Assembly (NCBI GenBank): GCA_943359345.1
Contig: CALRHE010000001.1
Coordinates: forward strand, 1,995-65,994
Source: Candidatus Uhrbacteria bacterium
GTDB lineage: Bacteria > Patescibacteriota > Patescibacteriia > UBA9934
Reading direction: 5' to 3'
Length of the DNA stretch: 64,000 nucleotides
Made by a program: the position numbers and the translations under genes
Part shown: piece after piece, positions 53,607-61,864 of the stretch
Layout of the letters: every line of letters begins with the position of its first letter
How positions within the stretch are numbered: position 1 is the stretch's first letter
The notes under the pieces: generated by a model
The model's database searches: none
Told to the model about the DNA's origin: nothing
Seen by the model: only the letters and a program-made list of their open reading frames with translations

Positions 53607-54755
53607 TTATTCAAGTGCTAGCAAACCCTCAGGTACCAGCGTGTGCACGCGGTAGATGGACAAAATTTCAGCCGCGATATCATCCCAATTGAAGGCGTCC
53701 TCTACAAAGGTACGGGCCACATGGCCAAGGCCAGCGGCCTGCATGGGGTCTCGGGCAAGCTCGACAATTTTATCAGCCAGATCCTGAACATCGTTGACCT
53801 TGAAGGTCACACCGTAGTCGCCGACAATCTCCTGGTTCTCAGGAATGTCTGAAGCAATCACGGCCTTGCCATAGCTCATGGCCTCAAGCACCGCAATCGG
53901 TAAGCCCTCGCTCGTTGAAGGGTGGACCACAAAACGGGCACCGGCAAACACAGCTCCAAGTGTCTCACCAGACTGATAGCCAGTCATGACAATCGAGGGG
54001 TCAGAAGCAGCCTGAGCTTCAAGCTGACGAACATAGTCATCAGTGAAGGCCGAACCGCCGACAATGGCAAGCTTCAAGCCCTTAGGCTTAGCAAGTTTCC
54101 AAGCCTCGATCAGCGTGTGAGCCCCCTTGTGAGGAACAAGACGCGATACCATCAGCACATAACCAAAGGGTTCAAGACCAAAAGGTTCGAGCAAAATGGG
54201 GTCAGTCGAAACGCGCTGCGGAGTAATACCGTTTGGAATATACACGGCCGTGCCGTTGTATTCAGTTTTGGCGTACTGCGCGATAGTCTTGCTCACGGCA
54301 ATAGTCGTGTGAGCAAAGGTCAGCGTAGCGCGCTCACCGAGCTTAAGCATGAAGCGAGCTAGCGGTCCCCACTTAGCGTGCCAGCGATCCACGGAGTGGA
54401 AAGTGGTAATCACGGTAGCGCGAGGAGCCAAGATGCGGGGCATCCAAGCCAGCAATGAGGGGCCGACGCCGTGGAAGTGGTAAATATCCGGACGAACAAA
54501 TATGACAGCATGAACAATCGCTATCAAGGTGTGTGTGATAGTGTCAAAGCACTTGGTGTGGAGGCTTGGCAGGCGGACCACCTGAATGCCATTAAACATA
54601 GCAGAACCCACAGTTCGTGGGGTATACCAGCGACGGGCATAAGCAATAACACTATGACCAGCGCGCACCAGACGCGTCGAAAGCTCAGTCACGTGGGTTT
54701 CCACGCCACCAAACTTACCCGGCACGCCCTTTTGTCCAATCATGACAATTTTCAT
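53607..54755 (-). CDS. Glycosyltransferase family 4
   Basis: MKIVMIGQKGVPGKFGGVETHV start (GT4 with bound-sugar-donor N-domain), C-terminal GT1 domain STSEGLPIAVLEAMSYGK. Confidence 0.85.
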   Translation of the reverse strand: MKIVMIGQKGVPGKFGGVETHVTELSTRLVRAGHSVIAYARRWYTPRTVGSAMFNGIQVVRLPSLHTKCFDTITHTLIAIVHAVIFVRPDIYHFHGVGPSLLAWMPRILAPRATVITTFHSVDRWHAKWGPLARFMLKLGERATLTFAHTTIAVSKTIAQYAKTEYNGTAVYIPNGITPQRVSTDPILLEPFGLEPFGYVLMVSRLVPHKGAHTLIEAWKLAKPKGLKLAIVGGSAFTDDYVRQLEAQAASDPSIVMTGYQSGETLGAVFAGARFVVHPSTSEGLPIAVLEAMSYGKAVIASDIPENQEIVGDYGVTFKVNDVQDLADKIVELARDPMQAAGLGHVARTFVEDAFNWDDIAAEILSIYRVHTLVPEGLLALE

Positions 54756-54888
54756 AACCGGCTAGAATACCAAAAAATCCCCATTTTGTCCACCGTTCGA
54801 CAGGCTTGCGGTGGACCCTGAGCGTAGCCGAAAGGGTCAATAAAATTGGCCAAAATATGGCTAGTTTAGACCTGTGTTTAAAGGCCTT

Positions 54889-56124
54889 TTACTTGTGGAT
54901 AACTACACCATCGTAAACCTCAAACAGTTTAGATATGTGCTTATTAGGGTCGGCGTTGGCCTTAGCGTATCGAAACGCCCCCTGCCCCATCCGTTCTAAG
55001 TCCTCAGGGTGTTTTAAGGCCCTTTTAAGCAGAGTGTTTAAATCCTGAATATCTCCAGCCTTAAAGATCAGGCCATTAACACCATCTTTAACCTTTTCAG
55101 GTAAACCACCAGCGTCGCTCACGACGACCGGCGTCCCACAGGCCATAGCCTCGATGGCCACGAGCCCATACGGCTCAGCCCAGCGTGACGGAACCATGAC
55201 TAACTGAACCCTCGCCATCAAGGCCCAAAGTTCTTGACTGCTCAAATAACCCAAGTATTCAAAATTATCTAACCTAGCCTGAGCATCCCGTACCTGAGTT
55301 TCGAGCGGACCGGTGCCGGTCATAAAAAATTTGGTCTTAGGGAAAGTTTCCGCTGCTTGTAAAAATAAATCTACACCTTTGTAAGTCTCTAGCCGTCCAG
55401 AAAATAATATCCCCTCACGAGCAGTCGAGCTGACTGATGGTGGTGCCTCAACGCCTGACAAAAAATTTCCAGCAAACAAGGGCAAGACCGTCATTTTATT
55501 GGCTGGGTAGCCTGCTTTCACGAGCGTCTGCTTCACAAATTCTGACGACGGCAAGTACACATCTATAGCTCGATCATAAAGTTTAAGGGCTTTATGAAAA
55601 CGATAAATTAATTCAAGTGCCAAGGTGGCAATAAATGAATTTTTGATATAACGGCTTCTAGCCACCGTCAGCAGCTTAAGATTTTCTGGCTTGAGTGGGC
55701 GTTGACCGCTCCACAAACCATAATTGGCGCTCACAAGCGCGTAGTCGTGCACGGTCATGACGACTGGAACACACTGGGCCCGACAAGCTGCCAAGACTGA
55801 TGGCGATAAATGTGTGTAGGCATTATGCAGATGCACTACATCCGGCCTGAAGGCTTTTAGCATGGCTTTCATTTTACGCCTGGCCTCAAACGACCATAAG
55901 GCCCGCCCCAATTGTCGAAACATGTCGATCCCATAACCCACGTGCGAGGTGTCGAGTGAGGATACGAAATATTTGTCCCAGGCGCTCGGAAGATTACGTG
56001 GATCGTGCATGGCAAAAATAGCCACGGCGTGACCCGCCTGCTCCTCAAGCCGCATAACATCAAACAGGTAGCGACCTGCGCCGTCATGATCATGGTAGTA
56101 CTTGTGGACGTGGAGAATGCGCAT
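54889..56124 (-). CDS. Glycosyltransferase family 4
   Basis: MRILHVHKYYHDHDGAGRY N-terminus; C-terminal EPYGLVAIEAMACGTPVV. Confidence 0.85.
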   Translation of the reverse strand: MRILHVHKYYHDHDGAGRYLFDVMRLEEQAGHAVAIFAMHDPRNLPSAWDKYFVSSLDTSHVGYGIDMFRQLGRALWSFEARRKMKAMLKAFRPDVVHLHNAYTHLSPSVLAACRAQCVPVVMTVHDYALVSANYGLWSGQRPLKPENLKLLTVARSRYIKNSFIATLALELIYRFHKALKLYDRAIDVYLPSSEFVKQTLVKAGYPANKMTVLPLFAGNFLSGVEAPPSVSSTAREGILFSGRLETYKGVDLFLQAAETFPKTKFFMTGTGPLETQVRDAQARLDNFEYLGYLSSQELWALMARVQLVMVPSRWAEPYGLVAIEAMACGTPVVVSDAGGLPEKVKDGVNGLIFKAGDIQDLNTLLKRALKHPEDLERMGQGAFRYAKANADPNKHISKLFEVYDGVVIHK

Positions 56125-56144
56125 ATCGGCTCACTTTTCCGGGT

Positions 56145-57677
56145 TTACAACACTTTTTCTCGTTGACCAAGAGCGATGACCACGCCCGCCATGGTCCATA
56201 AATATGGGGCTAACGTACGCACTTCAAGGAAGGTGGCTAAACACGCGTTCAGCCCGACCGCTAACATGGCCGCACATACGCCCAGCGCCAGTGCTCGTGT
56301 TTCAGCATCTGACGACTTGTGATACACGCGTAAACAAGCTGCAAACAAAGCTAGGTACAACCATAAATACATGGCCAGCCCCAAGCTGCCGACTTCGCCC
56401 CACAAACTAAACCAGTTGTTATCAATGTAGCCATCAGTTCCGTAAACACCAAAAGGTAAACTCAATTCGTCATACACCTGCGTGTTACCAAGCGCCGCCG
56501 CTGTACCGCCTCCATACATACCCGGACCGTGACCAAAAATCGGTGAGGCCGGTACAACTTCCGTGATGGTCTGCACCACCCAGTACAGTCTACCTAAGCC
56601 GTGATACTCACCTACCCAACGCTCGTAGGAGAAAGCCTCAAAGAAACGATTAGTGATCGACTGATCAGACACATCTACCAACTCACGCACAACCAGTCCT
56701 GTTAGAGCTATATACGACAAGAGCAGCGTGGGAATAATCATCGTAGCCGCGATGACACGTTTGTCGCGTTTGATGAAGGCAGCGATAAACAAAAAACCAA
56801 GTAAAAATCCAAACCAAGCCGAGCGTGAATACGTCAATGCGAGTACAGGTAAGCTAGCCATCAACACCAGCCAAACCCATAAACGATCTTTATCCTTGGT
56901 TGCTCGTTCGTAAATCACGGCCACCATCATCAGCATGATAAAGGCCATAAACGTTCCCAGTTGATCATACCGGCCGAGAGTACCAAACACGCGCTGACCA
57001 GGATCCCAAAACTGAACCGTACCAGCAGTTAATTGGATGTCTCCGAGTGTGTGGCGTTCGCCAGGCAATAAAAAAGTGTCCAAGCGTTCGCCAACAACTA
57101 TCTGAGCTGCACCCAAAAACACCTGGAACAACAAAACTGCGCCCAAGGCCATAAGTACAATTCTCGCCCACCTCTTGCTAGGTGCTAATTGCACGGTCAC
57201 AAAGAACAAAAACATGAAGCGTAAAATCTGGCGCACGCCGAGCACGGCCGGCATAATCGGCAAGAAATTGACAATTACTGAAGCAATCACCGCAAAGAGC
57301 AGAAAAGCAAACGGAACATCAATCGAAGTGCGCTTAAAACGTAATTCACCGGTAATCAACTTCCAGAGCGTAGCGGCGACTAACAAATAAATCAGCAATT
57401 CAGATCCGTACTTGGCATAAACGTATAATTCGTCCGGTATCCACTTTAAAATAAACGGCTCAAAGGGCAAGTATGTAAGTAAAAATGCCAAACTCCAGGT
57501 GGGACGAAAAAACGTAAACACCGCCGCCGTGGTAGCCCCCACCACCGCCACCACTAATCCCGGTGACACAAACACGACTCCCAAGATGGCGGCCGTGAGT
57601 AATAAAAATAATCCTCCCAGTGACCACTTGGCCCGCATTTCAGAGGCGTAATAAATAGAGTGCAGGTTCAAAAGCAT
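56145..57677 (-). CDS. O-antigen ligase/polymerase-family (Wzy_C-like) polytopic membrane protein; candidate O-oligosaccharyltransferase
   Basis: About 12 TM helices with a large extracytoplasmic loop near the C-terminal third. The track's start at 57722 is a GTG inside a terminator hairpin of the neighbouring island gene, so the ATG at 57677 (MLLNLH...) is more plausible. Confidence 0.45.
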   Translation of the reverse strand: MLLNLHSIYYASEMRAKWSLGGLFLLLTAAILGVVFVSPGLVVAVVGATTAAVFTFFRPTWSLAFLLTYLPFEPFILKWIPDELYVYAKYGSELLIYLLVAATLWKLITGELRFKRTSIDVPFAFLLFAVIASVIVNFLPIMPAVLGVRQILRFMFLFFVTVQLAPSKRWARIVLMALGAVLLFQVFLGAAQIVVGERLDTFLLPGERHTLGDIQLTAGTVQFWDPGQRVFGTLGRYDQLGTFMAFIMLMMVAVIYERATKDKDRLWVWLVLMASLPVLALTYSRSAWFGFLLGFLFIAAFIKRDKRVIAATMIIPTLLLSYIALTGLVVRELVDVSDQSITNRFFEAFSYERWVGEYHGLGRLYWVVQTITEVVPASPIFGHGPGMYGGGTAAALGNTQVYDELSLPFGVYGTDGYIDNNWFSLWGEVGSLGLAMYLWLYLALFAACLRVYHKSSDAETRALALGVCAAMLAVGLNACLATFLEVRTLAPYLWTMAGVVIALGQREKVL

Positions 57678-57704
57678 GGCGTCAGTATACCAAAAATGCA
57701 CGAA

Positions 57705-57739
57705 GGCCCAGCCTCTCCCCACGCGGGAGTGACTGGGCC
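57705..57739 (-). terminator. Terminator hairpin at the left edge of the high-GC island
   Basis: GGCCCAG-CCT-CTCCC...GGGAG-TGA-CTGGGCC, followed on the minus strand by a T-rich tract; lies only about 25 nt from the start of the O-antigen-ligase-like gene. Confidence 0.5.
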
Positions 57740-57746
57740 CAAGAAA

Positions 57747-58481
57747 CTACGCTGGCAAGCAGTCGAGGTCGCTGCCATCGCAGTCAAAGTCGACAGGCTC
57801 CGCTTCACATTCGCCAAGCGGGGCTGCGGGGTAGACATCAGCTCGCGTGTCGTTGCAGTCACGCGGATCGTTGTACTCGTCCCCGTCGCCGTTCTGGTCG
57901 GCCAGGATGAAACTCGCCGACGGCTTGTCGCACTGCCGGCTGTCGATAGCCTCGTTCCCGAACAAATCCTCGTCCAGGTCCTGAATCCAGAGCAGCTTGG
58001 CGGTGACATTGCTGTCCCAGTCATCCGGCTGGGCATCACAATCTTCGTCCACGTCATCCGGGTCACAGACCTCGGGAGCGCCAGGATGAACGTTGGCGAG
58101 CACGTCATCACAATCGCCAGGCAAGCTGGCGTCATCGCAAGCAAACTCATGCTCGCAGTAGCCGTCGCCATCGTTGTCGATGACGGTCTGGTCCACGTAC
58201 GGACCGGTGTCCGTATCTGGCGGCGTGGCCGAATCGGTCTCACCCGTGGAACCCGAGTCAACGTACGGCGGCGTGGCCGAATCGGTCTCCTCCGCGGTTC
58301 CCGAGTCAGGGTAAACGTACACAATCTCAGTCGGCATCTCTACTGCCGGCGGCGGCGCACAGCCAGCCAAGGTCAGCCAAATGAAGCCGAAGGGGCTAAG
58401 CAACTTGTTCATGTTTCCTCCAAGGAAAGAACCCACCCCTAGCATAATCCGCAAGCGCAGATCAGGTCTAGGGGTGACCAA
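57747..58481 (-). CDS. Lipoprotein with MopE-type Cys-rich putative metal-binding repeats (high-GC island gene 1)
   Basis: Lipobox LTLAGC after MNKLLSPFGFIW; two repeats of the DxDGDG...DCDD...PGAxExCDxxDxDCD pattern (Pfam Cu-binding_MopE-like, abundant in Myxococcota); codon usage strongly GC3-biased, unlike the rest of the window. Confidence 0.6.
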   Translation of the reverse strand: MVTPRPDLRLRIMLGVGSFLGGNMNKLLSPFGFIWLTLAGCAPPPAVEMPTEIVYVYPDSGTAEETDSATPPYVDSGSTGETDSATPPDTDTGPYVDQTVIDNDGDGYCEHEFACDDASLPGDCDDVLANVHPGAPEVCDPDDVDEDCDAQPDDWDSNVTAKLLWIQDLDEDLFGNEAIDSRQCDKPSASFILADQNGDGDEYNDPRDCNDTRADVYPAAPLGECEAEPVDFDCDGSDLDCLPA

Positions 58482-58561
58482 GCAAGATAATCTAAAAAAC
58501 GCATAAAAGCAAATCGACCCCCATCACCGCGTGAGCGATGTGGGGGTCGAAGAAGAAGACG

Positions 58562-59230
58562 CTACTGCCAGAACTCGTGCTCACACCCGCCCACGCCGTT
58601 GCTGACGGGCGTAGGCTCTGGGCCAGGTTCCCCATCCACGAGCACGGAGAACTCCCCGTGCTCGGTGAAGAGGTTGCCCTCGCAACTCCAGTGCGTGGCG
58701 CCGGCCGCGTCGGTGTAGCTCGCCGAGAGCTCCCAGCGGGAGCCGTCCGGCGTGCACACGTCATAAGCGGCGACCACGTCGTAGTTGACCACGGTAACCG
58801 TCATGCCAACGGGTGAACCCGTGTGAATGCCGGTGACGTACTCGAACCCACCGTACGTGGCCTCGAGCATGCCGGACAAGGTCACCATGACCGTACCGAC
58901 CGGCACGGTGTAGGTGATGGTCACCCGGGACTCGTCGCCCCAGCACTCGTCGTCGGACAGGGCTACGCCGGTATCCTCAGGCTCGGTCGAACCGTGCCCG
59001 GTGGTGACCGGCTCGCCGGCAGTGTCCTCGGGCTCGGTCGGATCGTCGGTGGTGACCGGCTCAGTCGGATCGACCGGCTCGAGTGCACCACCTCCGGGCT
59101 GGCCGAAGGCCGGAGAGTCGGAGCTGTCGCCCCGCTCCGGGAGGGTGGTGACCACCGGCTCGCTGCCTGGGTCGTTGGGCATCCGCTCCACGCCGCACGC
59201 GGCGAGGGTAACGAAAAACATGGAACGCAT
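58562..59230 (-). CDS. Lipoprotein, unknown function (island gene 2); start at the MRSMFFVTLAAC Met
   Basis: Lipobox TLAAC; acidic Pro/Thr/Glu linker then Cys-containing globular domain; terminator-like hairpin CGACCCCCATC...GATGTGGGGGTCG downstream (58505-58545). Confidence 0.55.
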   Translation of the reverse strand: MRSMFFVTLAACGVERMPNDPGSEPVVTTLPERGDSSDSPAFGQPGGGALEPVDPTEPVTTDDPTEPEDTAGEPVTTGHGSTEPEDTGVALSDDECWGDESRVTITYTVPVGTVMVTLSGMLEATYGGFEYVTGIHTGSPVGMTVTVVNYDVVAAYDVCTPDGSRWELSASYTDAAGATHWSCEGNLFTEHGEFSVLVDGEPGPEPTPVSNGVGGCEHEFWQ

Positions 59231-59502
59231 CGTATCCTCCAGGAAAGTCGCAAGACAGGTACTGCCAACCCGAAATTGGGTTATGCGATGCCGTGCCTCA
59301 ATCGGAAAGTTGGGTGCTTTCACGACATACAACTATAACAAAAATTAGCTTAAAAGTCAAGGCGCTATCAGTCAAAAATCAACAAATCATTGAGTTATTT
59401 CAAATAAAATTCATACCTAAACGCAAAGCCGACCCCCAACGCAGAAGCGTAGGAGGTCGGAGAGGCCGTTTAGCGTCCAGAGGGACGCAAGGTGGCCAAG
59501 AC

Positions 59503-60123
59503 CTAGAGGCAGGACTCGTCGGGCGGGGCGATGCCCTGGGTGAGCGGGAGGACAATGCCGTCCCGCACCTCCCACAGGTAGTGGGTGGACTCGCGGCTGC
59601 CCTCGGGACAGCCGGCGCCATCCAGGTGGTGGACGACGTACTGCTCGTTGTCCCAGGACGTGAGCCCCAGACCAACGTCCTGCCAGCCCGCGGCCCCGTA
59701 GGCCTCGAAGCTACCGGCATCGACGGCGACCACCTGGTACAGGCTGTCGCGCATCTGCCGGAAGGCCCAGCCTACGCGGACGTCCTCGACCACGTAGGGC
59801 ACAAGCGGTGCCCACGGATCGAACCAGGTGTTGGCTGCATCCGGCTCGTAGACGCCACCGCCGTAACCCACCAGCCACAGGTTGGTGGTGACGGCCGGCA
59901 AGCCGACGTTGTCGAAGATCACGAGGTACGGCTCGGAGCCGTCCTCGGTACCGAAGCCGAAGCTCTGGTAGGTGTCTTCGACACCGTCGTTGTTGCTGTC
60001 GCCGTCGGGCCCGGTGGGCTCGACCGCTGTCTGCTGCGGCGCGGCGCCGGTGTCGGCGGCGAGGTGACGATCTTCGACGCAGGCACCCATGGTGGCCGCG
60101 ACACAAACGAACAAGGAACGCAT
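59503..60123 (-). CDS. Lipoprotein, unknown function (island gene 3)
   Basis: MRSLFVCVAATMGAC lipobox; chosen over overlapping Arg-rich alternative frames because of the signal peptide. Confidence 0.5.
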   Translation of the reverse strand: MRSLFVCVAATMGACVEDRHLAADTGAAPQQTAVEPTGPDGDSNNDGVEDTYQSFGFGTEDGSEPYLVIFDNVGLPAVTTNLWLVGYGGGVYEPDAANTWFDPWAPLVPYVVEDVRVGWAFRQMRDSLYQVVAVDAGSFEAYGAAGWQDVGLGLTSWDNEQYVVHHLDGAGCPEGSRESTHYLWEVRDGIVLPLTQGIAPPDESCL

Positions 60124-60411
60124 GCTGTCTCCAGTGGCCCGAAGGCCGGTTGATTGTGAGCCGGTAACTACTCATGTTCCAGTCCCGAAGGACGAGACTG
60201 ATACACCGGTGGCTCTGATCCGGCGATGACAGTCTGCTAAGTGACGTAGATAAACTATCTACTATCTACCTACCGAACTATCATCGCTTGACCTTTTATT
60301 AAAGACGGAGGTTGTAAAAGTATTTCAGGGAAGAAGTGTCTGAGCGGGGCAGGTTCCAGGCAGAAGCCATGAAACCCGCCCCACTCACGTTTGATCGGTA
60401 GACCTGTTGGC

Positions 60412-61284
60412 CTACTTGGACCGGCGGCGATCACCGAGTCCGATTCGGAGCTCGGTGTGAAGGCCTCCGGACCAGAAGCGGTCCGGGTCACGCACGAACC
60501 CGCCGTAGCCCACGAAGGGCATGACGAGAACCCGCATCTCCGCTTGGCTCCCACGCTGGGGAACGTCCAGACGGAACATGGGACCCATGCCCAGGTCGCC
60601 GCCGATGTAGCGGGCGGCCCAGGTGTTGTCTTCCACCAGGAGGTCACGCCCCCCGATGTTCAGCTGGGTTCCGAGACCGACTTGGTCGGCGACCATGAGG
60701 CCGGCGTCCAGCCCACCGCCGTAGCTGCGGGAGGTGAGGGACCCGGTCCCGATGACGGCCCTGGCACCAAAGTACGGGGTGCCCTGGGCATCCTCCGCGT
60801 ACATGGTCCAAAGACCCAGCTGGACCTCGCCGCCCCAGCTGACCATGGGGTCAGGGGACAACAGTCCGGCCTGCACCGGCACCTGCCCGACGTTTCCGCC
60901 GGCCAGGAAGCCGATGTGGAAGAGCTCGTTGCCCTTCTCTGGCACTGGTACGGGCGGCGCTGCCACCGGTGCGTGAACGGTGATGTTCCGCACGACCGCT
61001 GCTGGCGTCGGCTCGACGGCCGGAAGCTCGGGTGCGGGCTCGGGCGCGGGTTCCACGACCGGAGTCATGGGTTCCGGCTCGGGCGTCGGCTCAACAGGCA
61101 CAGGGACCTGATCGACAACGGCCGGGGGCACGACAGGCGCTGCCGGTGCGGGCGTCGAGCTGCGCTTGGCGCAGGACCGACAGCCCTCGTCAATCGGTCG
61201 CGGGTCAGGGTTTGTCCAGTCATCAGCTTGCGCCGACACTGGGATCAAGGCCGCAATGGCGGCCAACAGATTGAAAGGACGCAT
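60412..61284 (-). CDS. Secreted protein with Pro-rich linker and Gly-rich C-terminal beta-domain (island gene 4)
   Basis: Signal peptide MRPFNLLAAIAALIPVSAQA; (P-E/V-P)n linker; C-terminal domain with alternating Gly/aromatic pattern ending in F/Y-rich strands (possible beta-barrel). Confidence 0.5.
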   Translation of the reverse strand: MRPFNLLAAIAALIPVSAQADDWTNPDPRPIDEGCRSCAKRSSTPAPAAPVVPPAVVDQVPVPVEPTPEPEPMTPVVEPAPEPAPELPAVEPTPAAVVRNITVHAPVAAPPVPVPEKGNELFHIGFLAGGNVGQVPVQAGLLSPDPMVSWGGEVQLGLWTMYAEDAQGTPYFGARAVIGTGSLTSRSYGGGLDAGLMVADQVGLGTQLNIGGRDLLVEDNTWAARYIGGDLGMGPMFRLDVPQRGSQAEMRVLVMPFVGYGGFVRDPDRFWSGGLHTELRIGLGDRRRSK

Positions 61285-61739
61285 TGGTGTCTCCTATTCA
61301 AGCCTGACGGCTTGGGAATGGGGTGGGCTCGCTTCCGAGTCCCGGTTGTTTTTTTCAGAGCCCGGGACTCGGCGCTCCAAGGGCCTTGCGTTATCCGTCA
61401 TTGGAGGAGGACGACAGATAACTCAAGTGCCCTTGGAAAGTCGATCCCTAGGCTAACTTCACCTGAAAAGAACTGAGTAATCTACCAGATTTTTGCCAAA
61501 AAGTCAAGACCAGGCACGACTGAGAGTAACAAAAAATGGCCTATATTAGCCAATATTACTCATGCAAACAATTCATCCGCAGGCTTTCTTGACGCCCCCT
61601 TCGCTGATTGCTAAAATTCTGCTTACAAAATCCCCTCCGGGGACCCGATGGAACGGTTGTGACGCCTCCTCCTCGTTGCAACTCGTGACCGTCGGGTCTT
61701 CAGAGAGGGTTTTTTGATTGTTTTAAAGTGTATATAGGC

Positions 61740-61864
61740 TTAGAAATTACAAAATTAGATATTAGCAGCTATTAGAGAAGTAGATATTAGACTTCTGACG
61801 GATTGGATCTAATTACTATTTTCTAAGTTCTGCTAATATCTAATTTTGTAATGACTAATCCTTA
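61740..61864 (+). repeat. MITE-like palindromic repeat, copy C (complete; 23-bp perfect terminal inverted repeats)
   Basis: ATTACAAAATTAGATATTAGCAG (61746-61768) is the exact reverse complement of CTGCTAATATCTAATTTTGTAAT (61830-61852); about 60-bp core; overlaps the stop of the CpsC-like gene and lies about 260 nt right of the high-GC island edge. Confidence 0.7.

Noticed and set aside
57660-61476. Several long overlapping ORFs on both strands inside the high-GC island (e.g. 57660-58442 +, 57668-58324 -, 58823-59338 +, 58914-59348 +, 59293-60153 +, 59711-60175 -, 60391-61476 +)
   Set aside because: High-GC DNA yields long stop-free frames on all strands; these translations are Arg/Pro/Gly-rich with no signal peptides or motifs, whereas one minus-strand frame per locus gives a clean signal or lipoprotein peptide and sensible domain composition.
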